From: Patescibacteria group bacterium
GTDB taxonomy: Bacteria > Patescibacteriota > Minisyncoccia > Phycocordibacterales > JAKFXT01
Length of the DNA stretch: 49,545 nucleotides
Direction of reading: 5' to 3'
NCBI GenBank assembly: GCA_038063555.1
Contig: JBBTUX010000018.1
Location: 1-49,545 of the forward strand
The notes beneath the pieces are model-generated. The model saw only the letters and a list, made by a program, of their open reading frames with translations. It was not told the DNA's origin and searched no databases. The position numbers and the translations under genes were made by a program. Below, in pieces: positions 18,779-29,020 of this stretch. The stretch's first letter is position 1; the number at the start of each line of letters is the position of its first letter.

Positions 18779-20035
18779 TTAGTAAGGTATTTCAGATAAA
18801 TATTTTTTTGCTAACCCAACTATGTCTGGATACTTTTTAGAATCAATATTATTAACAAACGTTTCGAAATCTTTTTTTGCAAGTACGTAATCTGGTTTAG
18901 CTTTGTAATTTATTAAACCTCTAAAAAATATTAACTGAATTAATTGAGGGTTTTTACTAATTTCTTCAGATATAAATATTTCCAGATCATTTATGACACC
19001 GGGATCTATTATTCCATACGAAGCTTTCCTATAAAACTCAAGAGCTTCTTTTATTTTTCCAATATAGGCATACAAAAATCCTAAATTATACCTCCATAAT
19101 GCAATGTCATTATTATTTACTTTTGGTAAAGTTGATTCTAGTTCAGATATTGCTCCGTCTGTATTTAATTTTTTAAATAACAGCAGGGCGTATGCCAACG
19201 ATCCATATATATTGTCTGGATCTATAATACGAAGTTCATTTAGAATTGATTCAGTTTCAAAAATAGCATCATCTTTTCTTTTCAAACTATAAATGTTATA
19301 CAAATCTTCTATTTTTAAAACTAAACTTCCAATTAAACGAAATCTATTTCTTTTTATTATTTCAGTGACTATGGGATTTTCTACTCCGTTTACTTTTTGT
19401 ATAATCGGTAATTCTGATGAAAGTTCTTTAAAAAGCTTGTAACTAATATTTTTGTCACCAGAAACTTGAGCAGCGGATCCTGAAATAAATTTTATTACAT
19501 ATCCAAGTAAATCTTTGGTCAGTTCAAATCCAAGCAATTCTTTTGTTTCAGGAAAAACTAATTTATTTGGTAAAGAGGTAGAGAAATCTTCAGCTAAACG
19601 CCTTTTGACACTCCCTTTTATAGGAACATGTCTAACAAGACCTTGAAGTTTAAATATATAATTATTCTCTCCATTTATATTTCTCTCTGCCAAACTACCG
19701 AAGACTATTAAGTGGGCTCTAGATCTATTTAGGTATAGTTTCGCCGTTTCGCTGTTAATAATTTTTGAACTTATTGATTCAGGATAGTTTATTATATTAA
19801 ATCTATTAGAAAGTTTAGATTTATCAAGATATTCATTTAGTCCAGCTATTAAATCATTTTCTAATCTGATTTTTTCTTTATTATTTTCAGTTTTAATAGC
19901 AATAATAATTCCTATTTCAAGAGGTTTGTTTTTAGGAACAAATAAACGAGCGAACATTTCCTTACTAAGCTTATGTATTGATGCTACATCTTCGGTTGTG
20001 ACATCAATGTAATAATCTCCATACCCGAACTTCAT
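18779..20035 (-). CDS. Tetratricopeptide-repeat protein
   Basis: YNLGFLYAYIGKIKEALEFYRKA and FFRGLINY..AKKDF TPR-like helices; very AT-rich. Confidence 0.65.
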   Translation of the reverse strand: MKFGYGDYYIDVTTEDVASIHKLSKEMFARLFVPKNKPLEIGIIIAIKTENNKEKIRLENDLIAGLNEYLDKSKLSNRFNIINYPESISSKIINSETAKLYLNRSRAHLIVFGSLAERNINGENNYIFKLQGLVRHVPIKGSVKRRLAEDFSTSLPNKLVFPETKELLGFELTKDLLGYVIKFISGSAAQVSGDKNISYKLFKELSSELPIIQKVNGVENPIVTEIIKRNRFRLIGSLVLKIEDLYNIYSLKRKDDAIFETESILNELRIIDPDNIYGSLAYALLLFKKLNTDGAISELESTLPKVNNNDIALWRYNLGFLYAYIGKIKEALEFYRKASYGIIDPGVINDLEIFISEEISKNPQLIQLIFFRGLINYKAKPDYVLAKKDFETFVNNIDSKKYPDIVGLAKKYLSEIPY

Positions 20036-20099
20036 ATATAAAAAACCCTACACCTCGGGGTATTTTGAGTCAATTTTTACTTATGCACTTTCCCCTCCC

Positions 20100-20384
20100 C
20101 TACAGGCCTAAACTAAAAACTAGCACTATTGGTGTAAGCCAGAAAAATATTTGTAAAAGAGATATGTAAATAGTTTTTTTATTTTGTGGTATATAAGTAA
20201 AAGCAAAATAAATAATTATGGGAATTTGTAATGGTGTAAATAATTGAAAAAGATGCGCCCCAATACCCTCATCAGGATGTGGCGTAAAGCCATGGTCCAA
20301 GTATTCAAAAACTCCACCTAAAAATATTATAAAAATCATTAATAGAGGAATCCAAGCGGATTTCTTTTTTATTAAATCTTTCAT
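20100..20384 (-). CDS. Small membrane protein (HPDEG..AHLFQL)
   Basis: Three hydrophobic segments. Confidence 0.65.
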   Translation of the reverse strand: MKDLIKKKSAWIPLLMIFIIFLGGVFEYLDHGFTPHPDEGIGAHLFQLFTPLQIPIIIYFAFTYIPQNKKTIYISLLQIFFWLTPIVLVFSLGL

Positions 20385-20395
20385 ACTGTATATAA

Positions 20396-20581
20396 CTATC
20401 TTAAATCATAAAAAGAAAAACCCCGCGCGTGGCGGGGTTCGAGAAAGGATCTATTTTGCCAGTGAGCCGCTTCAGCAAACATTCTCCAGAGCGACTGGGC
20501 GAATTTTATTGGGTGGCAAACCGCAAATGTAGCTGTTTGCCACGCTCCAACGGGTGGAAATGTATCGCTGTGGTCTTCCAT
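20396..20581 (-). CDS. Hypothetical small protein
   Basis: GGGAG upstream of ATG; 3' end overlaps a hairpin. Confidence 0.3.
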   Translation of the reverse strand: MEDHSDTFPPVGAWQTATFAVCHPIKFAQSLWRMFAEAAHWQNRSFLEPRHARGFSFYDLR

Positions 20582-20699
20582 GTACTATTTCTCCCGTGTT
20601 AGATTGCTGTTCTTATTTGTATCACCTCATTACCTTTTTTCAAAGGCAACAGAAAACCGCTCCCAGGTTTTCTGTGAAGCGGTTGGTGGTATTGCTTGG

Positions 20700-21131
20700 T
20701 CAGCATGTGATGGTATCGACCTTCCCCTTGACCCATTTGTCGATAAGCTTGTTGCGGGCATCGTGACTTGGGTGGTTTCGGCTAACCTTCCGAGAAGAAG
20801 CGTGGAATTCGCCCCAGTGTGAATCCCCTTTTACCAGGTGGAAACCGAGCCTCTTCATTTCTTTCCCGCACTTCTTCCTGGAGACACCGTTCACTTGGAA
20901 GATGACGCCGGTGCTCAAAGGTGAATTGTTCAGAACTACGAAAAGCCCTTTTTTCGTGGGTTTTCCTTTGCGCCGAGACCTTGCTTTCGTCATGAAGACG
21001 ACCTTCAATCCGTCAGGCGTCCTTCTTGATGCGAGCAGGTAGAAGCCGTAGAAGAGTTCGAATTCCCCACTATGTGTGAGGGGTTTGTTTTGGGCAGCTT
21101 TCATTGCAGACATTTGGCGCATACCTTCCAT
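20700..21131 (-). CDS. Hypothetical basic protein
   Basis: 143-aa GC-richer ORF. Confidence 0.45.
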   Translation of the reverse strand: MEGMRQMSAMKAAQNKPLTHSGEFELFYGFYLLASRRTPDGLKVVFMTKARSRRKGKPTKKGLFVVLNNSPLSTGVIFQVNGVSRKKCGKEMKRLGFHLVKGDSHWGEFHASSRKVSRNHPSHDARNKLIDKWVKGKVDTITC

Positions 21132-21245
21132 AAAAAGTTATCTGGACTGTCTAAAAATAGATTACCTCTACAAAATTATTTGGTCAATTATAAAAAATAA
21201 ACGGCCGAACGCTTGCGTTCGGCCGTCATGTTCGTGGGGAGCCCA

Positions 21246-21647
21246 CTATTTCTGGATTTGAGTGAAGTCCAAGGCGTCTTCATTCCCGCCATCGTCATTC
21301 GCGGAAGCTGGCGGCACCACCTGCTCGACCCCCCTTGCTACCGTTTTTTTACTCGTCGGCTTTGGGTCGAACTTTGTTTTTCTGGACCCCTTCCTTGTCT
21401 TTTTTCCGATGAATGGCAACCACTCCTTGTACAGTCCGGAAGACCAGACCATATAGAGGTGGAAGATGCTCATCAGGAAGCAGATCCAGAAAAACCATTG
21501 GACTGCTGTTTTTGTGCTGGTATCTGGGCCACCCCCAATTTGACTCAGGACATAACCCAGAATTATTGCAGACCAGTAGAAGAACCACCTGATCTGCCAC
21601 TTCTCCCCCCTCAGATGAAAAAAGAAAGCTTTGATATTGTCAATCAT
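21246..21647 (-). CDS. Hypothetical membrane protein
   Basis: GGAGG SD; two TMs; terminator-like hairpin 21201-21226. Confidence 0.6.
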   Translation of the reverse strand: MIDNIKAFFFHLRGEKWQIRWFFYWSAIILGYVLSQIGGGPDTSTKTAVQWFFWICFLMSIFHLYMVWSSGLYKEWLPFIGKKTRKGSRKTKFDPKPTSKKTVARGVEQVVPPASANDDGGNEDALDFTQIQK

Positions 21648-21730
21648 CGGTTAATCCTCCAATCCGTTGATGTGGGCGGAATTGCCCGATTTGTACTCTT
21701 AAAAAACCTTACAATTTATTATTTATTTTG

Positions 21731-22048
21731 TCAATTTGTTGAAGTAAGATCAGGTATTTCTGGTTCTATGCCTGTGCCGCGGCCGGCTTTGAGTGATTTT
21801 AAAGTATCAACAAATGGGTGCCAAGATAAATCGAGCCATATTGTATTCCAGAGATATTCGGCTGGTTTTCGGAGGAATCCATCCCAAACTTTTATAGAAA
21901 TTTCTTTTACAAAGCCGATATTTTCTTGACCAGTTTCAGATTCGGCTATGCCCCGAAGAGAAATTCCAAAATAGCTTAGAGCAAAAATGGCTATCACTAT
22001 GAGAATGATTAGTCCAACCAAACCAGAATTTTTTTGCATTTTCATCAA
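21731..22048 (-). CDS. Hypothetical membrane-anchored protein
   Basis: SGLVGLIILIVIAIFALSYFGISLR N-terminal TM. Confidence 0.65.
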   Translation of the reverse strand: MMKMQKNSGLVGLIILIVIAIFALSYFGISLRGIAESETGQENIGFVKEISIKVWDGFLRKPAEYLWNTIWLDLSWHPFVDTLKSLKAGRGTGIEPEIPDLTSTN

Positions 22049-22097
22049 TTTAATTTTACCTTAAAAATTGTTAGTTGTAAGTTGTTAATTGTTGATT

Positions 22098-23489
22098 TTA
22101 TAAATATAGCATTGGGTTTAAATAGGCGCGAACATCGGCTACAGGAACACGATATGTTCCGCGACAGACCTTGCTTTTAAGATTAGTGATTTGAATACCT
22201 TGGGAAGCAAATAATCCAAAGTGTAAATGAGGTCCCGTGGAATAGCCAGTGTTTCCTGAATATCCTATTAAATCTCCTGTTTCCACCTGTTCACCCTCGA
22301 TCGCCTTTATAAGGGAAAGGTGGGCGTAAATGGTGGAAAGACCGTTACCATGTTTTATAAGTACCCATTTGCCGTATGAGGCGCCTGGGCAAACCGTATC
22401 AGTGTTCCCCTGTCCTTGCACTATGCCGGCAAAGGCCGCTTTTACAGGGGTTCCTGGAGAAGCTCTAAAATCGGCACCATTGTGGCCCCTACCGCTGTAG
22501 ATCGAAGAATTTTGGCGGGCAAAGTCGGTTTGTCCAAAATGTTGGGTAACATATAAAATATCAAGTGGCGGCCGAAGCACTTTGCTTGGCGTGGGATAGC
22601 TAGTAGGGTCAATTAAAAGTTGAAGTTGTGATTCATACTCATCAATTTCTTGCTCTACCGCTAAACGTTTTGCTTCGCGTTCTGCTAAAACCTTTTTGTA
22701 TTCGGACTCTTTATTTTTAGTTTCTTTTAAAATTTGGTCGGTTTGTTTTTTGTTGAACTCAACAATGCTTTTCTGGTCTCCCAATTGATTTTTTAATTTA
22801 GTAAGTTTCTTTTGCTCGGTTTCGGTAGTTGTTCTTGTTTTGGTCAAATCTTCCTTAATGGCAAGGAGGGTTTGGACCCGAGCAGACATACTTTCGTGAA
22901 GTTTGGCAAGTTCAATTCTATTATTCCAAAAAGTGCTTAGGGATTGATTTTTAAGCAAGGCTTCAAGCAGAGAAATGTCATCTATTTCTTTGGCTTTCTT
23001 TATGGTGTTACGAATTCCGTCTTGTTGAACCACTATTGAGCTCTGTTTTTGGGAAATATTTTTAGTTAAAGATTGAATGGTTAAATTGGTGGTCTCTATT
23101 TTTTTATTGGTAACAGAAATGTCGGCTGTTAATTTTTTGCGAGTAAGGTCTAGCGTTTTTAGCTCATTATTTAAAGTTTTTCGTTCTGTGCTTGTTTTTT
23201 GTATTTGTTCTTGATACTGTCTTATTTCTTTTTCCAAATCAGCTATTTCTTGGTTTCGAGAAACTATTTGGGAACGAATTTGGGAAATACTATTTTCTTT
23301 TAGTACACGCGCTTCCTCGGCTTCTTTGGCAGCTATTTCCTCAATGGTTGGTTCGGTTGAAGTGGCTATTTTTTCGGTTGGAACGTTTTCTTGCGCATCC
23401 ACAAAAACAGAGGTCTGCAAAAAAAATAAAAATATAACAATACTTCCCGCAAGTGTTTTTTTTATAAAAAGAACTTTTTTATGCAACAT
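22098..23489 (-). CDS. Coiled-coil M23 family peptidase (murein hydrolase/activator)
   Basis: Signal segment, long coiled coil, HNGAD, YAHL, GNTGYSTGPHLHF. Confidence 0.9.
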   Translation of the reverse strand: MLHKKVLFIKKTLAGSIVIFLFFLQTSVFVDAQENVPTEKIATSTEPTIEEIAAKEAEEARVLKENSISQIRSQIVSRNQEIADLEKEIRQYQEQIQKTSTERKTLNNELKTLDLTRKKLTADISVTNKKIETTNLTIQSLTKNISQKQSSIVVQQDGIRNTIKKAKEIDDISLLEALLKNQSLSTFWNNRIELAKLHESMSARVQTLLAIKEDLTKTRTTTETEQKKLTKLKNQLGDQKSIVEFNKKQTDQILKETKNKESEYKKVLAEREAKRLAVEQEIDEYESQLQLLIDPTSYPTPSKVLRPPLDILYVTQHFGQTDFARQNSSIYSGRGHNGADFRASPGTPVKAAFAGIVQGQGNTDTVCPGASYGKWVLIKHGNGLSTIYAHLSLIKAIEGEQVETGDLIGYSGNTGYSTGPHLHFGLFASQGIQITNLKSKVCRGTYRVPVADVRAYLNPMLYL

Positions 23490-23510
23490 ACTTTAGAAAC
23501 TTAGAATAAC

Positions 23511-24905
23511 TTACCCCTTAAGAAGAGAAATTGCATTTTGTAATCTAGACAAAGTAGCTTCTTTTCCTAGAATTTCTGAAAGTGTAAATGGGTCAGGCGA
23601 CTTTTCTTTCCCAGAAAGGGCCACTCGCATAGGCCAAAGCACATCTCCCCTACCCTTTTCGTTTGCGTAGTCCCAAATCGCCTCTTTTACAGTATCTTTA
23701 TTAATTGTTTTGCTAGCATCTATTTTTTCAATTAAATTAATCACCTTTTCTAAATGTGTTGATAAAATATTTTTATTGCTCTTGTTCTTTTTTGGTAAAA
23801 GAAGTTCTGTCTTGTATTGAGGTTTATCAAATATATAAGAAAGATCACCTCCGTTGCCAAGGTCGCTTATTTCTTTAAGGACATAAATTCTTTCTTTTAA
23901 ATCTGGTAAAAGTCGAGTCAGGCGGTCCTCGCTCCATTCTGGGAGCGAGGTTATTTCTTTGGGAATATAATTTAAAGTTAATTTTTTAAAATCAGCCAAA
24001 GACATTTTTTTCAAATGCTCTCTATTTATCCAACGTAATTTTTCTATGCTGAAGACAGCGCCACTTTTTTGAATTTTAGAAAGAGAGAATTCTTTTATAA
24101 GTTCTTCACGAGTGAATATTTCTTTGGTCGTTCCCGGGTTCCAGCCCAAAAGCGCCAAATAATTTAGGAAAGCATCTGGTAGAATTCCCATCATTTTATA
24201 TTCATTGACGGAAACGGCGCCGTGCCTTTTGGAAAGTTTGCTTTTATCTTCCCCTAAAACAAAAGGAATGTGACAATAAGACGGTCTTGGAGCGCCAATG
24301 GCTTCCTGGATTAGAATTTGTCTTGGGGTGTTATAAATTCCGTCTTCGCCTCTAATTATATGGGTCGCCTCCATTTCAAAGTCATCTACCACAACCGCAA
24401 AGTGATAAAGAGGTTCTTCTATGCTTCGCGCAATAATAAAGTCGCCCAATTCTGTCGTATCGATTGAAATTTCTCCCCGAACAATGTCATTGAAAATTAT
24501 AACCTTTTTTAGATTTTTAAGACGGATCACTCTTAGGGGCGCATCTATTAGGGTTTCAGATGGGTCTTCCGAATCATCATTTTCACTTTTGAATTCGGTT
24601 ACTTTGCTTTCATCTGAATAATAAGCTTTTTCTTCGGCTAAAAGTTTTTCCAAATATTTCCTGTAAACCAAAATTCTCTCTGATTGATGAAAAACTTCGC
24701 TACAATTCATACCAAGCCAATTTAATCCTTCAAAAATATCTTCTTCGAATTCTTTTTTGGAACGAGTTTTGTCAGTATCTTCAAAACGTAAAATCATTTT
24801 CCCGCCGCCATTTTGGGCAAAAAGATAATTGAAAAGAGCTGTTCTGGCACTTCCTATGTGCAATGGTCCTGTGGGGCTTGGCGGAAAGCGGGTAACGATT
24901 TTCAT
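23511..24905 (-). CDS. gltX: Glutamate--tRNA ligase
   Basis: RFPPSPTGPLHIG, RFEDTD, IRGED, KLSKR. Confidence 0.97.
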   Translation of the reverse strand: MKIVTRFPPSPTGPLHIGSARTALFNYLFAQNGGGKMILRFEDTDKTRSKKEFEEDIFEGLNWLGMNCSEVFHQSERILVYRKYLEKLLAEEKAYYSDESKVTEFKSENDDSEDPSETLIDAPLRVIRLKNLKKVIIFNDIVRGEISIDTTELGDFIIARSIEEPLYHFAVVVDDFEMEATHIIRGEDGIYNTPRQILIQEAIGAPRPSYCHIPFVLGEDKSKLSKRHGAVSVNEYKMMGILPDAFLNYLALLGWNPGTTKEIFTREELIKEFSLSKIQKSGAVFSIEKLRWINREHLKKMSLADFKKLTLNYIPKEITSLPEWSEDRLTRLLPDLKERIYVLKEISDLGNGGDLSYIFDKPQYKTELLLPKKNKSNKNILSTHLEKVINLIEKIDASKTINKDTVKEAIWDYANEKGRGDVLWPMRVALSGKEKSPDPFTLSEILGKEATLSRLQNAISLLKG

Positions 24906-24909
24906 ATTT

Positions 24910-26037
24910 TTACATTTCGTGTTTTATGGCTATTTCAAATATAGCTTTGGCAATTTTTCGAGTGGCGTCTGGTTTGGCAAAACCAAGAGCCGATTTTTTC
25001 ATATTTTCTTGCAATTGCTGATTATTCAATATTTTTTCAATTTCAAAATTCAAAATACTGCTTGTCAGATTTTTCTCTTCAATAACACTGGCGGCGCCTG
25101 ACCTCGCGTAGGCAAAAGCATTTTGGGTTTGGTCATGACTAACATCTTCTCCAATCGGAACTACAATTGCTGGCAATCCCCAACTGGCTATTTCAAACAA
25201 AGTGGACCCAGCGCGGGTTACAACGACGGAGGAGACACCGGCGCTCATTCTCAAAGCTAATTCGTTTAAATAAGGAAAGGGGCGGTAGCGAGTGGCATGT
25301 TCGTTTTTTTCTAGAACAACGGAAGCAGTATTCAAAATTTCTTTATAATTCTTCTCACCAGTTTGATGAATAACTTGATATTTAAGAAGCAGTTTTGGAA
25401 TTAAATTCAAAACTACATCATTGAGTTTTTGCGCCCCTTGAGAGCCACCCAAGATGAGAATTATTGGTATTTCTTTTTCAAGTTTTAAAAATTCGTAAGC
25501 ACCATCTTTTATTGGCATAGTCACCTCTTTTCTTACAGGTTGTCCCGTCCAAGCGGTCTTATTTACTTCAAACAATTTGGCAGTTTCTGGATAGGAAGTC
25601 GCAACTCGAGTAGCAAATTTTCCAGCCCAAGCATTAACGCGTCCTGGTATGGTGTCGGACTCATGAATAACTACTGGTATACGGAATAATTTAGCCGCTA
25701 AAAGCGCGGGAAAGGAACCATAACCGCCTTTGCCAACTATAACATCTGGAAAAATATAAAAAACGGAGATTATGGCTCTCAAGACACCAAAAGTTGTTTT
25801 GAAAATATCAAAAAAATTGGCAAAGGAGAAGTAGCGGCGCATTTTGCCAGCGGGAGTCCCTATAAACTCAATTTCATTTTCAAAAAGGAGACGGCTATCA
25901 TACGGACCAGGCGCCATAAAATAAAGCTTGGGTGGTAAAGCGTGTTCTTCTTTGGATATTTTTTGAATTTCTTTGGCAATTGCGATGATTGGGTAAAAAT
26001 GCCCTCCCGTAACACCGCCGGTAAATAATATTTTCAT
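24910..26037 (-). CDS. murG: Lipid II GlcNAc transferase
   Basis: TGGVTGGHFYP, GGYGS, HESD, GGSQGA, RAG, HDQTQNA. Confidence 0.95.
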   Translation of the reverse strand: MKILFTGGVTGGHFYPIIAIAKEIQKISKEEHALPPKLYFMAPGPYDSRLLFENEIEFIGTPAGKMRRYFSFANFFDIFKTTFGVLRAIISVFYIFPDVIVGKGGYGSFPALLAAKLFRIPVVIHESDTIPGRVNAWAGKFATRVATSYPETAKLFEVNKTAWTGQPVRKEVTMPIKDGAYEFLKLEKEIPIILILGGSQGAQKLNDVVLNLIPKLLLKYQVIHQTGEKNYKEILNTASVVLEKNEHATRYRPFPYLNELALRMSAGVSSVVVTRAGSTLFEIASWGLPAIVVPIGEDVSHDQTQNAFAYARSGAASVIEEKNLTSSILNFEIEKILNNQQLQENMKKSALGFAKPDATRKIAKAIFEIAIKHEM

Positions 26038-26122
26038 TGGTTTTGAAAGCTAAACTAAAAACCCCACTAGTCCATGACTGTAGAGTTGAATTATATCAAA
26101 AAACCTCTTTTTTCGCCCACTT

Positions 26123-27226
26123 TTACTGGTTTTTCGGATAACGGGATATATTAAGTAAAATTCCCACTTCGGCAAGCGCCAGCATTAAAGAGGTGCCACC
26201 TTGACTCACGAACACCAAAGGAGTGCCTGAAAGCGGAAAAAGACCAATCATTGAAGCAATATTTAGAAAGGATTGAATAATAATGAGCATAACTATGCCA
26301 ATACCGAGCAATTGCCCAAACGAGTCCTTGGCGTTGCTAGATATTTTAATGCCACGTAAAGCAAATGTAATAAAAAGAAGCATTAAAGCCGTTGTGCCTA
26401 TAAAACCGAATTCTTCTCCGGCGACAGCAAAAATTGAGTCCCCCATTGGTTCTGGTAAGTATTCAAACTTTTGCACACTTTGGCCAAAACCTCGTCCGCC
26501 AATACCGCCGGAACCTATAGCAATTAAGGATTGGTTTATTTGATAACCGGCGCCAAGTTGGTCTGCTATTTCAGGTTTATAAAAAGTTAATATACGCTCT
26601 TTGATATATGGCTTGGTGTAAAAAAGCCCCATAACGGCAATTGTTCCAAGAAATAAAAATAAAATAAAATGTTTCCAATTACCGCCTGAAACAAAAAGCA
26701 TAATGGCGCCCGTTAAAGCAACAATAAAGAATCCGTCAGTGTCAGGTTGCAAGAGAAGAATTGCCCCCACTATTCCTGTAAGGATAATGTAAGGAATCAC
26801 TCCGAGGCGAGAAACTTGCCCCCTGTCTTTAATAGCGGAAAGCCAAGCCGCAAAATATATAACAAAAGCGATTTTCAAGAATTCTCCCGGCTGAAATGAT
26901 ATAGAGGCAAATTCTACCCAACGTTTGGCGCCAGCGTGGGAAAGACCGATGCCGTCAACAAAGACAAGGCATGTCAAAATTATTGCTGAAAGAAATAAAT
27001 AAAAAGAATATTTTCTGTAATTTCTATATGGTAAATTTAAAGTTATGAAAAGAGCTATACTGCCAAAACCCAAACCGAAAACCAATTGTTTCAAAGCAAT
27101 ACTGCTGAAATTTGCTCCTTCACGAGCCAAAAGTCCTAAAGAAGCAGAGGAAAATATTGTAAAACCAAAAACTATTAAAAGTATAGCTATAAAAAAAATT
27201 ACTCGGTCGTATTTATGGAAATTCAT
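26123..27226 (-). CDS. ftsW: SEDS peptidoglycan polymerase FtsW
   Basis: GAKRW, FQPGE..K, LLLQPD, YQ..QS..AIGSGG, LPEP..DSIFAV.GEEFG. Confidence 0.9.
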   Translation of the reverse strand: MNFHKYDRVIFFIAILLIVFGFTIFSSASLGLLAREGANFSSIALKQLVFGLGFGSIALFITLNLPYRNYRKYSFYLFLSAIILTCLVFVDGIGLSHAGAKRWVEFASISFQPGEFLKIAFVIYFAAWLSAIKDRGQVSRLGVIPYIILTGIVGAILLLQPDTDGFFIVALTGAIMLFVSGGNWKHFILFLFLGTIAVMGLFYTKPYIKERILTFYKPEIADQLGAGYQINQSLIAIGSGGIGGRGFGQSVQKFEYLPEPMGDSIFAVAGEEFGFIGTTALMLLFITFALRGIKISSNAKDSFGQLLGIGIVMLIIIQSFLNIASMIGLFPLSGTPLVFVSQGGTSLMLALAEVGILLNISRYPKNQ

Positions 27227-27249
27227 TTTTTATAGTGAGATGAATTATT

Positions 27250-28323
27250 CTAAAGCATTAGAGCAAGCGCTAAACCAAAGATTGCACAAACGACGCTGAC
27301 CACCCAATAACGCATAGTTACTTTATATGGTGGCCAACCGATGGCTTCGAAATGGTGGTGAAGGGGCGCCACTAAAAAGATTTTCTTGTTCCAAAACTTT
27401 TTTGAAATTAATTGAATTATGTTTGAAAGAGTAGTCGCCACAAGTGGCATAGCTATAACGGGTAAAACTATAAGACCGTTTCCCTCCCCTAGTGAGTCGG
27501 TCATAAAAGCGACTATTGAAAGGGCTATTGTTAGACCCATCATTCCTGTTTCTGACATATAAAATCTAGCTGGCGGAATATTAAACCAAAGGAAAGCTAA
27601 AATTGCCCCAACGACAACACCGCAAAAAGCCGCCAGGTCTAATTGCTGTTGATAAAAGGCAATACCCGCATAAGCGCTAAACATAGCCGCAAACACCCCA
27701 CCAGAAAGTCCGTCTACACCATCTATAACACCACCTGAATATATGCCTATAGCCACAATTATGAAAAGTAAAATAAAAAGAGGCCCAATGTAAAAATCTC
27801 CTAATACGGGAAGCCAAATTGTGGCTACACCTAGTTTGAAATAAAACCAAAGAGCGCAAAAAAGTGCAATGAATGAAACTGTCAACAATCTTTTTTTCAA
27901 TGACAAACCACCAGAAAAATGACTACCGGCTCCTTTTATTTCCAAGTAGTCATCAATGAGTCCCACCAGAGAACCTACAAGCATGGCACCTATGGGTATC
28001 CAAGTTTGATTACGACTAAAGAAATCTAATTGAGTAAAAATAGAACCAAAAAACATATAGTCAAGAAACCAAAGTATCATCGCTGTAATAAGAACGGAAA
28101 GCCACACAACCACTCCGCCCATCTTCGGAGTTCCCACTTCTTTTTCTTTATGTAATTGATTAAATATGACCGTCTCTTTACCATCAAGCCCAATTTTTCC
28201 AGCTTTTTTTTTCCACATTTGATATTTGTAAAGGTAGTTGGTCAAAATTGGAGTTAGAACAATTCCTATAATGAAGGAAAGTGTTGTGGGTAAAAAAACT
28301 TTTACAATATCAATTATCATCAT
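27250..28323 (-). CDS. mraY: Phospho-MurNAc-pentapeptide transferase
   Basis: GTPKMGG, GLIDD, DGVDGL, FLWFN..PA, APLHHHFE. Confidence 0.95.
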   Translation of the reverse strand: MMIIDIVKVFLPTTLSFIIGIVLTPILTNYLYKYQMWKKKAGKIGLDGKETVIFNQLHKEKEVGTPKMGGVVVWLSVLITAMILWFLDYMFFGSIFTQLDFFSRNQTWIPIGAMLVGSLVGLIDDYLEIKGAGSHFSGGLSLKKRLLTVSFIALFCALWFYFKLGVATIWLPVLGDFYIGPLFILLFIIVAIGIYSGGVIDGVDGLSGGVFAAMFSAYAGIAFYQQQLDLAAFCGVVVGAILAFLWFNIPPARFYMSETGMMGLTIALSIVAFMTDSLGEGNGLIVLPVIAMPLVATTLSNIIQLISKKFWNKKIFLVAPLHHHFEAIGWPPYKVTMRYWVVSVVCAIFGLALALML

Positions 28324-28325
28324 AA

Positions 28326-28898
28326 TTATTCTTGTTTATTTAAAGACAATGCAATCTCATTATCAATTCGTTCCTTCTCGTTTTTGCGATTCATTAATTC
28401 TTGTTGTAACTCTTTATATTCTGTTAAATCTTCAACTTTGGTAATTCCTAGATACGAAAGTAATTCAAATGTAGCGTTATAAGCATATCCTCTTTTATTT
28501 GGCACGTTTTCTGACCTTTCCACCAGCCCTCTTATGAGGAGATTCCTGACTATGAAGGAAGAATTTACCCCGCGAATATAATCAATTTCGCTTCTTGCAA
28601 CCGGTCCAAGATAAAGAATTATTGATAGAGTTTCTAACCCAGCCTTACCAAGGTCCTTTTGCAATTCTTCTTTAATTAAACTTTCTATTAAAGAACCTGC
28701 TTCCCCTTTGGTTCCAAGCATTATTTCTTCTCCTTTTCTTAACAAGACCACCCCTCTATTGGAGAGATTTTCTTCCAAAATATTCACAGCTTCGCTAATT
28801 TCCGAGATGTTTTTTTTGGTTATTTCCGAAATTTTTTTTATGGATATGGGTTCCCCCTTCCAAAAAAGAATAGCTTCTATTATTTGTGAAAGTTCCAT
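28326..28898 (-). CDS. scpB: SMC-Scp complex subunit ScpB
   Basis: IEAILF..GEP, LETLSIILY.GP..RSEIDYIRGVNS. Confidence 0.93.
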   Translation of the reverse strand: MELSQIIEAILFWKGEPISIKKISEITKKNISEISEAVNILEENLSNRGVVLLRKGEEIMLGTKGEAGSLIESLIKEELQKDLGKAGLETLSIILYLGPVARSEIDYIRGVNSSFIVRNLLIRGLVERSENVPNKRGYAYNATFELLSYLGITKVEDLTEYKELQQELMNRKNEKERIDNEIALSLNKQE

Positions 28899-29010
28899 AC
28901 CATTTAGAAGCTAATTGTGGGCATACACAACTTTTGCTTTACATTAAGTTTTGAATCTCGACCTTTTATCATGAAAGATATTTTATGTTTTAGCCATAGC
29001 TTCTAACGGG
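28899..29010. mobile_element. Family A element (112 bp) abutting the scpB ATG
   Basis: cat|accatttagaagcta...tagcttctaacggg. Confidence 0.7.
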
Positions 29011-29020
29011 GCAAGTATTC

